Source of the DNA: Flavobacteriia bacterium
Lineage (GTDB): Bacteria > Bacteroidota > Bacteroidia > Flavobacteriales_D > Crocinitomicaceae
Direction: 5' to 3'
DNA length: 64,000 bases
Assembly: GCA_016178305.1 (NCBI GenBank)
Contig: JACOTM010000043.1
Span: 51,139-115,138 of the forward strand
The notes beneath the pieces are model-generated. The model did not search any database and had not been told where the DNA came from. It saw nothing but the letters and a program-made list of their open reading frames with translations. The position numbers and the translations under genes are program-made. How positions within the stretch are numbered: position 1 is the first letter of the stretch; each line of letters begins with the position of its first letter. This document shows positions 28,519 to 37,931 of this stretch, one piece after another.

Positions 28519-28540
28519 TTTTAAATAATTAGAAATTAGT

Positions 28541-28570
28541 AAAAAAAACCCTCGAATTTCTCCGAGGGTT
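28541..28570 (-). terminator. Rho-independent terminator
   Basis: The stem aaccctcg/cgagggtt (28547-28554 and 28563-28570) is preceded by A8, which is a T-run on the minus strand. Confidence 0.65.
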
Positions 28571-28595
28571 TGTAAATATAGTGTTAAATAGAAAT

Positions 28596-30566
28596 TTATT
28601 TGATAATTTTATTTGTAAATACTCCATTGGCATTCGAAACAGTGATGAAATATTGACCTTTTACTAAATTCGAAACATCCAAACGAATATTTTTTGAATT
28701 AGTTGAATGTGTCAAGACTTGTTTTCCAAGCACATCTGTAATTACAATAGTTGAAGAGATTTCTTTTTCTAACGACATTTCAATGAAATCATTAAAAGGA
28801 TTAGGGAAGACAACTAAATCAGAAGTTGATTTAATTTCAGTTATTGTAGCGGCAGATTTATTAATGTAATATTGATCTGTAGCTACTAAATAATTACCAA
28901 TTGATTTGTTTGGACAGTAAATTTGTAATACAAATGTGTAAACACCTGCCGTTGAGTCTAACATGGTGTAAGTAGTCGTAATATTTACAGAAGAATCTGA
29001 ATTGTAATAAACAGTCCAAGTAACATCTATTAAATTACCTGTATTGAAATTTACGCCTGTAATTAATGCAGAATCAATGGATGAATAATTTATGACACAA
29101 TCTGTAATAGCATTGGTATAAACACTATCAATTACTGTTGAATCAGGTAAATTTGGATTATTAATTACATTGACAAGTGAAGAAATAACAAAACTTAAAT
29201 TGATACTTTGTCCATTGGCATCAGTTACAACAACATCTTGGTATCCAGCACATAAATTAATAGCTGTTGAGCTAGTTGATCCATCTGAATAAAGATAAGT
29301 ATATGGACTTGTTCCACCATAAATAATTACAGAAGCTGAACCATCACATAAACCATCTGCAGAAACACCTGTTGGAATTACATAACCATTCATGTTAAAA
29401 GTTGAATCGTATGTATAACCTACATACACAGATGCTATTGAAGCACATCCGTTAGCATCAACAACCGTTAAACTATAGATATCAGAACAAACATTTGTTA
29501 ACATCGAATCATTAGATCCATTACTCCAAGAATAATAATATGGAGCTATTCCACCATAAATTGTTGCGCTAACAGTTCCATCACAAAAGTTGGGAGAGGA
29601 TGCTGTTACATTTGTTGCTGTTAAGCTAGCATATAAATTTGCATTCGCGCATGGGTTTGGATTGTTTGTGGAGTCTCCATAAACAAATCCAGTTAATGTT
29701 GATGAACATCCATTTGCATCTGTAAAATATAAGGTATAATAGCCAGGGCATAAATTTGATATAGTAGTAGTGTTCGTAACAGTTCCATTATTTAGATTCC
29801 AATTTAGATTGTAAGGTGCCGTTCCACCATATATGTTTGCAGTTAAAGTACCATTACAATTCGGATATGAAGTTGAATTAGTTGCAGTTAAAGAGCCTCC
29901 TAATCCTGAATTAGCACACGGGTTTGTCGTGTCACCCACTAATGTTGCAGTTGCAGATTGAACACATCCGTTACTATTTGATACATAAAGAATATATGTC
30001 CCCGGACATAAATTTCCAATTGAAGCTGTTGTTGCTCCATTTGACCAAGCGTAAGTATATGGTCCAAAAGAACCTGAAACAATGGCATAAAGCATACCAT
30101 TACAATTTGTAACAATGTTTGTAGATTGTGTCAAAGAAATATTAAAAGTAGAATCATTACAAGGATAAGTAGTTCCACCGCCTGTGCCGGTAGTATCTGT
30201 ATTTTGAACTGTTCCTGAAGCTATTGTTGTACACCCATTGGCATCTACAATAGTTACAGAATATATTCCAGGGCAAACATAATACAACGATGCGGCAGTA
30301 CTAGAAGCACCATTTGTATTGGTCCAATTGTAGGTATAAGGAGAAACACCACCTGTAACAGCGACTGTTAATCCACCGTTACAATTTAGATTATTTGAAC
30401 TAGGAACAGCGCTTACAGTTCCAGTTAATGTTGAATTTGAACAAGGATTTGTTGTTGAACTTTGTGAAATAATGAAAGTAAAAGAGCTTGTTGTTCCATT
30501 TGTATTTGAATAATTTAACAGATATGTTCCTGGACATAAATTCCAATTACAGCTGTACCATTGCAA
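28596..30566 (-). CDS. T9SS type A sorting-domain repeat adhesin (7-8 SprB-type repeats) lacking its signal peptide in this frame
   Basis: Repeats of the form CNG.L...V.GG..PYTY.WSNG....NLCPG.Y..V.D.NGC are present. The C-terminal tail is almost identical to that of the neighbouring paralogue. The frame is closed by TAA at 30567-30569 immediately upstream of a TTG. Confidence 0.8.
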   Translation of the reverse strand: MQWYSCNWNLCPGTYLLNYSNTNGTTSSFTFIISQSSTTNPCSNSTLTGTVSAVPSSNNLNCNGGLTVAVTGGVSPYTYNWTNTNGASSTAASLYYVCPGIYSVTIVDANGCTTIASGTVQNTDTTGTGGGTTYPCNDSTFNISLTQSTNIVTNCNGMLYAIVSGSFGPYTYAWSNGATTASIGNLCPGTYILYVSNSNGCVQSATATLVGDTTNPCANSGLGGSLTATNSTSYPNCNGTLTANIYGGTAPYNLNWNLNNGTVTNTTTISNLCPGYYTLYFTDANGCSSTLTGFVYGDSTNNPNPCANANLYASLTATNVTASSPNFCDGTVSATIYGGIAPYYYSWSNGSNDSMLTNVCSDIYSLTVVDANGCASIASVYVGYTYDSTFNMNGYVIPTGVSADGLCDGSASVIIYGGTSPYTYLYSDGSTSSTAINLCAGYQDVVVTDANGQSINLSFVISSLVNVINNPNLPDSTVIDSVYTNAITDCVINYSSIDSALITGVNFNTGNLIDVTWTVYYNSDSSVNITTTYTMLDSTAGVYTFVLQIYCPNKSIGNYLVATDQYYINKSAATITEIKSTSDLVVFPNPFNDFIEMSLEKEISSTIVITDVLGKQVLTHSTNSKNIRLDVSNLVKGQYFITVSNANGVFTNKIIK

Positions 30567-30676
30567 TTAATGGTATCATTTGAAGGAGTTGTGTTGACTA
30601 TGTTTTGTGCATTAAGCCCAAAATTGAGCATCAATCCAATGGTAATAGCAAACCAGTTTTGTAGAATTTTTTTCAT
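30515..30676 (-). other. Detached 53-codon ORF encoding the signal peptide and first repeat start of the adhesin (frameshift remnant)
   Basis: ATG at 30676. It encodes MKKILQNWFAITIGLMLNFGLNAQ...TINCNGTA and then runs out of frame to TAA at 30515-30517, overlapping the main ORF in another frame. Confidence 0.55.
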
Positions 30677-30776
30677 GACAGTGTCTTTTTTAGATAATAC
30701 ATTTTTCAGTTTGAATAAGTTGCCTACAAAAGCAAATTATCCGTAAGTATCTTTCCCAAAAGACGGCTTAGGTTGT

Positions 30777-31436
30777 TTATTGGTTGCTTAAAAATGGAAT
30801 TAATTCTGCAATAGATGAATTTTTTAATTTGAAATAGACCGTGAAACCATGGTTAATTAAATGATTTTCAGTAGTATTTCCCCAAGCAATAATTTTGGAA
30901 TTTGGAGGAATATTATTTTCAACTAAAAATCCATCCACATTAGAAGGGCTTGTAAAAACATAACTGTTACAAGGTTCAATCTTAGTTGGGGTAAGAATGG
31001 TTTTATAAACAATTAATTCTGTGGATTGTTTGATATTAATTTGCTTGGAGACACTTCGATTTGAATCTTTCGCTTGTATAAACACAACACTTCTTGTTCC
31101 GAGCCATTGTTTGAAATTAATAGCTACATTTTCTATTTCTCCTGATTTTTCTCCAATAAAAGTTGGATGATAGCCTTTTGAAATGATATAATTTGCTGTT
31201 CCTTCACCAACGCATGCAATTTTTATATGAGAAGGAATCACAGCTTGAGTCAAAAAAAAGTCAACACTTCTTTTACTTCCAAAAAAGAAGACATCACTAT
31301 TTGAAGGAATAATAAATGGGATTGGTTCAAAAGACAAAAAAGAATGGGCAATTAATTTCAAATGTTTCTTTTGACAAAAATCATTTAATTCTTGAACTTC
31401 AGTTATTGGTTTTGATATAAAAAGTTTTTGAAACAC
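30777..31436 (-). CDS. hemD: Uroporphyrinogen-III synthase (probable)
   Basis: The 219-aa ORF lies directly downstream of hemC, 12 nt away. Its size and position fit HEM4. Sequence recognition alone is weak. Confidence 0.6.
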   Translation of the reverse strand: MFQKLFISKPITEVQELNDFCQKKHLKLIAHSFLSFEPIPFIIPSNSDVFFFGSKRSVDFFLTQAVIPSHIKIACVGEGTANYIISKGYHPTFIGEKSGEIENVAINFKQWLGTRSVVFIQAKDSNRSVSKQINIKQSTELIVYKTILTPTKIEPCNSYVFTSPSNVDGFLVENNIPPNSKIIAWGNTTENHLINHGFTVYFKLKNSSIAELIPFLSNQ

Positions 31437-31448
31437 GTATTGAAACGA

Positions 31449-32351
31449 TTATAGTTCTTCGTCTTCCAATGGAGAAGTTAAATCTTCAACGATTAGTTCT
31501 GCCAATCCATCTAATTCATCTGCTTGATATTCATACCATGCTGCACCAGTGGTCCAATCTTCTGAATGAGAAACATAAACAACATGATTTTCATCGCAAT
31601 AAACCCCTAAAGGCAATTGACATCCACCTTCTAATAAATTTAAGACTTTACGTTCTACAGCAATCTGTTCTTGCACTTTTGGGTGATTCATTTTTTGAAG
31701 AATATCAAATAAAGCAGTGTCTTCTTTTCGAATTTGTAAACCTAAAACTCCTTGAGCCGGAGCCGGAACAAAAGCTTTTGGGTTGAGCACAACAACTTCA
31801 AATTCGGATAAATCAATTTGTAAACGGTCAACACCTGCTTTTGCTAAGAGAATTGCGTCATAGTTTCCATCGCGTAATTTTTGAATACGGGTCGGTACAT
31901 TCCCTCTTAAATCTTTAATTTCAACATCTTCTCTGAATCGGACAACTTGTGATTTTCTTCTTGCAGAAGAAGTTCCTACAATTGCATTTTGTTTCAAATT
32001 CCATTGACAATTTTCAGCAACAGCAGATTTTGTGATTAATAATAAATCTGAAGGATCTTCTCGTTCCGAAACACAAGCGATGATTAAACCTTCTGGAGAA
32101 TTTGTTTCTAAATCTTTATGAGAATGAACAGCAAGATCAATTGTTTTTTCAAGAAGTTCTTTTTCAATTTCTTTTGTAAAAAATCCTTTGCCTTCTAATT
32201 TATCAAAACTTAAATTTTGAATGGCATCACCTTGTGTGATAATAATTTTTATTTCGACTGTGCAACCTAAATTTTCGAGTTGTTTTTTAACATGATTTGC
32301 TTGCCATAACGCTAAATCACTACCTCTTGAACCAATAACAATGTGTTGCAT
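31449..32351 (-). CDS. hemC: Hydroxymethylbilane synthase (porphobilinogen deaminase)
   Basis: IGSRGSDLALWQANHV, VHSHKDL, RGNVPTRIQKL and the cofactor-cysteine region GGCQLPLG. Confidence 0.93.
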   Translation of the reverse strand: MQHIVIGSRGSDLALWQANHVKKQLENLGCTVEIKIIITQGDAIQNLSFDKLEGKGFFTKEIEKELLEKTIDLAVHSHKDLETNSPEGLIIACVSEREDPSDLLLITKSAVAENCQWNLKQNAIVGTSSARRKSQVVRFREDVEIKDLRGNVPTRIQKLRDGNYDAILLAKAGVDRLQIDLSEFEVVVLNPKAFVPAPAQGVLGLQIRKEDTALFDILQKMNHPKVQEQIAVERKVLNLLEGGCQLPLGVYCDENHVVYVSHSEDWTTGAAWYEYQADELDGLAELIVEDLTSPLEDEEL

Positions 32352-32354
32352 AGT

Positions 32355-33581
32355 TTATTTTTTTAATAAAATTTCTTTAGCCATAATCATAGGGACACTC
32401 ATGTATTTTTTTTCCATGTATCCAATAATTTTATCTAAAACTTCACGTGAATTTTCATCTAATAATTCCAATTCATTTTTGAAAACTTCATTGATAGCAG
32501 TTTCTCTAATTTCTTTTACTTTTTGAGGGACATCACGCATTGCTAATTCAACCGAACGTATTTTTTCAATATGTTTAAATTCAAAAACGGCTTCAGCAAT
32601 AATTTCTTCAACATGTTGAATTTCTTTCGAACGCTCTTTTAAATTTTGATTCGATATTTTTTGAAGTACATCCACAGAAATATGTGTGACATTATGATTT
32701 TCAACAACTTCTGGGTGTAAATCTTGTGGTAAGGCAATATCGATAACAATTTTACGGTCTAAATCTCCTTGTAAAAGATTGGAATAAATTGCTGGTGTAA
32801 TAATATGTGTATCTGAACCTGTGCAAGTAATGATTACATCAAAACCACCTTTGTATTGACTCAATTCGTTTAATGGCAATCCCGTTCCTTTTAAATCATT
32901 TGCCAAAGATTCAGCTTTAGAAGTGGTGCGATTAAAAACAACAAAATTTTTAAATCCATGTTTTCGTAAAAACCGCGCCATGTTTGTATTTGTAGTTCCC
33001 GCACCAATAATTACGATTCGTGCAGTTAGTGGAACATTCATATCTTTTAAACGGTGATATGCTAAGGAAACAACAGAAACAGGTTTCGTAGCTATGCTTG
33101 TTTCAGTATAAACTTTTTTAGCTGTTTCAATCGTTTGTCGTAAAACAATGCGAATAAAATCACCCGTTAAACCCATTTTTTTGGATGACTCAAATGAATT
33201 ACGCACTTGGGTAATGATTTCACGTTCACCAACTACCATAGAGTCGATAGAAGAAGCAACACATAAAATATGTTCAACAGCTTCAATTCCATTAAATACA
33301 GCCGCATTTTCTGCAAATAAATGAACAGTAGTTGAATCGAAATCAGGATATAAAGTTGTAAAAAAGCGAAGTAAAAAATCAAAATTAGTGTTCTCAGATG
33401 TGCAAAATTGAAATTCAACACGGTTGCATGTTGAAAGAAACATTAATTCATCCAGACGTAAAAAATCTTTTAAAAGCGTTAAACGATCTTGCTGTTTTGC
33501 TTCTTCAATATGAAGTTTACCTATCTCTGAAACATCTAAGTTTCTGTGTGTAAACGCTATGATATGAAAATTATTGAGCAC
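32355..33581 (-). CDS. hemA: Glutamyl-tRNA reductase
   Basis: LSTCNRVEF catalytic Cys motif and NAD-binding IIGAGTTN. GTG start. Confidence 0.92.
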   Translation of the reverse strand: MLNNFHIIAFTHRNLDVSEIGKLHIEEAKQQDRLTLLKDFLRLDELMFLSTCNRVEFQFCTSENTNFDFLLRFFTTLYPDFDSTTVHLFAENAAVFNGIEAVEHILCVASSIDSMVVGEREIITQVRNSFESSKKMGLTGDFIRIVLRQTIETAKKVYTETSIATKPVSVVSLAYHRLKDMNVPLTARIVIIGAGTTNTNMARFLRKHGFKNFVVFNRTTSKAESLANDLKGTGLPLNELSQYKGGFDVIITCTGSDTHIITPAIYSNLLQGDLDRKIVIDIALPQDLHPEVVENHNVTHISVDVLQKISNQNLKERSKEIQHVEEIIAEAVFEFKHIEKIRSVELAMRDVPQKVKEIRETAINEVFKNELELLDENSREVLDKIIGYMEKKYMSVPMIMAKEILLKK

Positions 33582-33803
33582 TCCCTCCGTTGTTTTTATA
33601 CAAAGTTAATAGACCGTTACACTTGTATTGTCATAAGATTGTCATTTCGCTTAATTTAGAATGAGTTTAAATAGATTTTTGTTGTGATAAGCGAATAAAA
33701 AGTGAAATCAAAAATTTTTTCATTTGTATGAACATTAATTTTAGACTTGTATATTTTATGTAAAACTTCACTAAATCAACAATTTTTAAATATCTCAATA
33801 AAT

Positions 33804-33811
33804 TATATTTG
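33804..33811 (+). promoter_or_regulatory. Candidate Bacteroidota -7 promoter element TATATTTG
   Basis: It matches TAnnTTTG and sits 24 nt upstream of the ATG at 33835. There is no clean -33 TTTG. Confidence 0.3.
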
Positions 33812-33834
33812 TTCAAAATAGAAAACCTTTTACC

Positions 33835-36800
33835 ATGAAAGCAACCCTTATCTATTCATTGTTATTTATACTTATAAATAATTTTGTTTATTCGCAAAAT
33901 TCAAACAATAAATTTGGTTTTATTGAAAATGGAGGACAAATTCGGAATCAATTTTACCAAGTAAATAAAGATGTTAAATATCTTTTTCCAAATGGAAAAG
34001 GGATGAATGTTCAATTAAAATCGACAGGATTTAGTTATGATTTTTACCAAACAACACAGGTAAGGTCGAAAATTAAAAAGAAAGGAATTAAGCAAGTTGA
34101 AATTCCATCTGTTTCACTTAAAACGCAACGAATTGATATTTCTTTTGTTGATGCAAATCAGGATGTTCAACTTTTTGCTGAATCAAAATTGAGTACGGAA
34201 TTATTTTTTGCTGGAAATATTCATGTTTCGCAATATGAAAAAGTGATTTATAAAGAATTATATCCTTCCATTGATGCAGTTTTTACGATTAATTCAAAAA
34301 CGAATCAAGTAAAATATGATTTTATTGTTAGACCAGGTGGTGATATTTCTAAAATTAAATTAAAATTCAATGGTTTTGATCAAAGTGTTTTTGCTGCAAA
34401 AAATATTGAATTACATCATTCATTAGGGATATTAAATGAAGTTATTCCTCAAAGTTGGTGGTTAGAAACGAATGAAAAAGTGGATGTTTCGTATTCAAAA
34501 ATAATGCAAACGAAAAATGAATTGATAGTTGGATTTCAAATTCCTTTGAATAACCTATCGAAAACTTTGGTAATTGATCCAGAACCATTTTTACATTGGG
34601 GAGTTTATATAGGAGACACCTTAAACACTACAGGTACAGGTGTTACAACGGATAATAATGGGAATATTTATATTTGTGGAATTACCCAATCGTTGCATTC
34701 AATTGCTACTCAAGGTGCTTATCAAGCACAATTAAATGATAGTTTATTTACAGATGCTTATTTAATGAAGTACAATGAAATAGGAACGTGTATATGGTCA
34801 ACCTATTTTGGAGGAAATAATATAGACATAGCTATGGATGTAGCAGTAGATACGATGAATCATGTATATTTATTTGGAACGACTTTTTCAGATTCATTAT
34901 TAGCTTACAATGCCATTAATCAACAAAATATTTCAGGATCACAAGATGCATTTTTAGCAAAGTTTACATCAAATGGTCATTTTATTTGGTCAACTTATTA
35001 TGGTGGTTTAGGAGAAGAAACAGGAAATAAAATCACGATGGATTTTATAGGAAATGTTTTTATTACCGGTACTACACAAAATTCTTTAAATGAATTAGCA
35101 ACTTCCGGTGTACACCAAGTTTCAAATAATGGAGCGATTGATGTTTTTGTTTCTAAAATAGATACAAGTGGTGCAATTATATGGGGAACTTATTTTGGAG
35201 GAACATTGAACGATCAAGCGACAGGTATATCATTTGGAGATAGTAGTTTATTAATTAGTGGATATACAAATTCAATCGATTTTATTAGCACTGATTCAAC
35301 ACATCAAGACTCTTTAAAAGGTTTAGTTGATGGTTATATTGCTCGTTTTAATCCAACAGATGGACAACAAGTTTGGGGAACTTATTTTGGAGGATCCAAT
35401 GATGATTATGTGAATAGCATTAAAGTGTACAATGACGTTGTTTATTTTGTTGGAACAACTTTATCAGATGATTTCATAGATATTGATACTGTAAATCAAA
35501 CATTTAAAAATGGTGAGGAAGATGCATTTATTGGTAGAATATACAATGACAGCGGTAAAGTATTATGGTCATCTTATATAGGTGGAGCAATGGCTGATTA
35601 TGGAATCGAATTGGATATCGAAATGGATAACCAAGCTTTTGTGATAGGAACAACTTTATCAGATACAGCTATTGCAACAACGAATGTTCATCAAGATTCA
35701 TTGGGTGGCTTACAAGATGTTTTTGTGGTCAAATACAATAGTTTAGGGGATAAAGTTTGGGGAAGTTATTACGGTGGAGCTATGAATGAAGAAGCGAATA
35801 GTTTAGATGTTTATGGTAATACGAGTGTCTATTTTACGGGTTCAACACAATCAGTAAATGGAATCATTAATCCAAATTTTATGAATGGGCAAGATACTTT
35901 ATTTGGGACAACAGATGGGTTTTTAGGAAGATTTACGCAAGACATGTCAACACTTCCTTCAGGTTTTGGAAATGGTTCGGGCTCAGGAACAGGTGGTTCA
36001 GGCTCGGGAACAGGTGGTTCGGGCTCTGGCGGGCCATTTGGTTTTTATTATTGTGTTGGAGATACAATTACGATTTCATTAAATGGTGGCTCATTAGGAA
36101 CAGATGCTGTGTGGGCATGGTATAAAGATGGTTGTGGAAATGGTAGTACACACATGGGCTTTGGGTACTCAATTTCATTTGTCGCAACAACTTCTTTTCA
36201 GTTATATGTTCGAGCGGAAAGTGTTACAAATTCAACAACTTGCATTTCCCAAGCGATACAAGTTGGTACGGTTACTCCTGTGAATATTTTATCTTCAAGT
36301 ACGACATGTGCTCAAACAAATTATGAGTTTAATTCGGATGCCGATACTTTAAATTTTGTTACTTGGTCTGGACCAAATGCATACACTTCAACGGATTTTA
36401 ATCCTATTATTACTTCTATAGATACTGCTCAAGCGGGAGAATATGTTGTTGAATTGACGAATGAATATGGATGTAAAGATAGAGATACCTTGAATTTAAT
36501 TGTTCATGAAAATCCAGGAATGCAAGTAGCTTCAACTCCAATAAGCTGTTATAACATTGCTGACGGACAAATAGATTTATCTTCAACGATTGGAAATTTA
36601 ATTTATACATTTAATGGAGTAACAGATACAATTTCAAGTTTTGAAAATTTAGGAGCAAATACATACATTTTTTCTGTTACAGACACAAATGGATGTTCAA
36701 CAATGGATTCCTTAATACTCTTAAATCCCAATAAAATTATTTTAGATACGCTCATAATTTCGGATGTCTGTACATTAAATTCAGGAGAAGCAACGGTTTT

Positions 36801-37920
36801 TATAGATTCAAGTTATTCAAATTATTCGGTAATCTGGTCCAATTTAGACACAACTTTAACGATTTCCAATTTACCTTCTGGTAATTATTCTGTCAATGTA
36901 ACTTTAGCTAATAATTGTGTAGATTCTTCGGAGATCATTATTCCAATGCAAACAAATTTACAAATTCAATTTACAACGATTCAAAATGAAAGTTGTATCA
37001 ATTTACAAGATGGCTTTGCAATTGTAGAAGGACAACAAGGAACAGCTCCATATACTTACTCATGGAGTCAAGGCAATGCGACCAATACAATTTCGAATTT
37101 AAGTCCTGGAAATTACAATGTAATTGTTGCAGATGCGAATAATTGTATAAAATCCGATTCATTGACGATATTACCAGGAAACACGGTAGTTTGGGAAGAT
37201 TCAATTCTCTTTTCTGACTGTGCTCAAAATAATGGATTTATAGATATTCAATCGATTGTCGGTCAAGGACCATTTACATTTAATTGGTCTAACAATACTC
37301 ATTCCGAAGATTTACTTCATGTTGGAGCAGGAACATATTCTTTACAAATTTTAGATGGTACGGGATGTGTATTTACGGAAACGTATGAAATGCAAAACTT
37401 AAATAATTTACAAGTTACAGCAACAAATGATACGACAATTAATATCGGCAATTCTATTCAATTAGTTTCATCCTCTAATAGTTTAGATTCGTTAGTTTCT
37501 ATTTTGTGGAGTCCTACAGAAACATTATCTTGTTTCACTTGCCCTTCTTCAATAGCAACCCCTTTAATTTCGACAGAATACATTGTTTTATATACTCATA
37601 ATTCAGGTTGTTATGGATCTGAGACCATAACGATAAGCATCACAAATCCTTGTCCGGAATTATTTATTCCAACTGCCTTTTCTCCTAACGATGATGGAAA
37701 TAATGATGAATGGTGTATTTATGGAGGTTGTATTGATAATATTTCAATAGTTGTTTTTAACCAATGGGGACAATCGATATTTTCATCTACATCAGATTGT
37801 TGGGATGGAACATATCAAGGAGTGTTAGTTCCAAATGACACTTACGTATATCACATTGATATTCAGTTGGAAAATGGAGAATCAATTTCACAAAGTGGAT
37901 CAGTTCATGTAAATTATTAA
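33835..37920 (+). CDS. Large secreted T9SS type B (gliding-motility CHU_C-type) sorting-domain protein with beta-propeller-type and SprB-type repeats
   Basis: It has a signal peptide and repeated ...WSTYFGG..D.. units. A Gly/Ser linker precedes the SprB-like repeats. The C-terminus PTAFSPNDDGNNDEW...FNQWGQ..F...WDGTYQG...VPNDTYVY is the type B sorting domain. Confidence 0.85.
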   Translation: MKATLIYSLLFILINNFVYSQNSNNKFGFIENGGQIRNQFYQVNKDVKYLFPNGKGMNVQLKSTGFSYDFYQTTQVRSKIKKKGIKQVEIPSVSLKTQRIDISFVDANQDVQLFAESKLSTELFFAGNIHVSQYEKVIYKELYPSIDAVFTINSKTNQVKYDFIVRPGGDISKIKLKFNGFDQSVFAAKNIELHHSLGILNEVIPQSWWLETNEKVDVSYSKIMQTKNELIVGFQIPLNNLSKTLVIDPEPFLHWGVYIGDTLNTTGTGVTTDNNGNIYICGITQSLHSIATQGAYQAQLNDSLFTDAYLMKYNEIGTCIWSTYFGGNNIDIAMDVAVDTMNHVYLFGTTFSDSLLAYNAINQQNISGSQDAFLAKFTSNGHFIWSTYYGGLGEETGNKITMDFIGNVFITGTTQNSLNELATSGVHQVSNNGAIDVFVSKIDTSGAIIWGTYFGGTLNDQATGISFGDSSLLISGYTNSIDFISTDSTHQDSLKGLVDGYIARFNPTDGQQVWGTYFGGSNDDYVNSIKVYNDVVYFVGTTLSDDFIDIDTVNQTFKNGEEDAFIGRIYNDSGKVLWSSYIGGAMADYGIELDIEMDNQAFVIGTTLSDTAIATTNVHQDSLGGLQDVFVVKYNSLGDKVWGSYYGGAMNEEANSLDVYGNTSVYFTGSTQSVNGIINPNFMNGQDTLFGTTDGFLGRFTQDMSTLPSGFGNGSGSGTGGSGSGTGGSGSGGPFGFYYCVGDTITISLNGGSLGTDAVWAWYKDGCGNGSTHMGFGYSISFVATTSFQLYVRAESVTNSTTCISQAIQVGTVTPVNILSSSTTCAQTNYEFNSDADTLNFVTWSGPNAYTSTDFNPIITSIDTAQAGEYVVELTNEYGCKDRDTLNLIVHENPGMQVASTPISCYNIADGQIDLSSTIGNLIYTFNGVTDTISSFENLGANTYIFSVTDTNGCSTMDSLILLNPNKIILDTLIISDVCTLNSGEATVFIDSSYSNYSVIWSNLDTTLTISNLPSGNYSVNVTLANNCVDSSEIIIPMQTNLQIQFTTIQNESCINLQDGFAIVEGQQGTAPYTYSWSQGNATNTISNLSPGNYNVIVADANNCIKSDSLTILPGNTVVWEDSILFSDCAQNNGFIDIQSIVGQGPFTFNWSNNTHSEDLLHVGAGTYSLQILDGTGCVFTETYEMQNLNNLQVTATNDTTINIGNSIQLVSSSNSLDSLVSILWSPTETLSCFTCPSSIATPLISTEYIVLYTHNSGCYGSETITISITNPCPELFIPTAFSPNDDGNNDEWCIYGGCIDNISIVVFNQWGQSIFSSTSDCWDGTYQGVLVPNDTYVYHIDIQLENGESISQSGSVHVNY
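35974..36030 (+). repeat. 21-nt tandem repeat (about 2.7 copies) encoding a GSGSGTG linker
   Basis: The units ggttcgggctcaggaacaggt, ggttcaggctcgggaacaggt and ggttcgggctctggc encode GSGSGTGGSGSGTGGSGSG. Confidence 0.8.
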
Positions 37921-37931
37921 ATCATGGTGTT

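Noticed and set aside
28900-30500. Periodic repeat structure that might suggest a CRISPR-like or satellite array
   Set aside because: The periodicity is the roughly 80-aa SprB-type protein repeat inside a continuous ORF. The units are diverged at the DNA level and there is no repeat-spacer organisation. I saw no CRISPR array anywhere in the window.
33582-33592. GGAGGGA immediately upstream of the hemA GTG start, considered as a Shine-Dalgarno site
   Set aside because: The spacing of about 1-2 nt is too short for SD function, and Bacteroidota largely do not use SD-led initiation.
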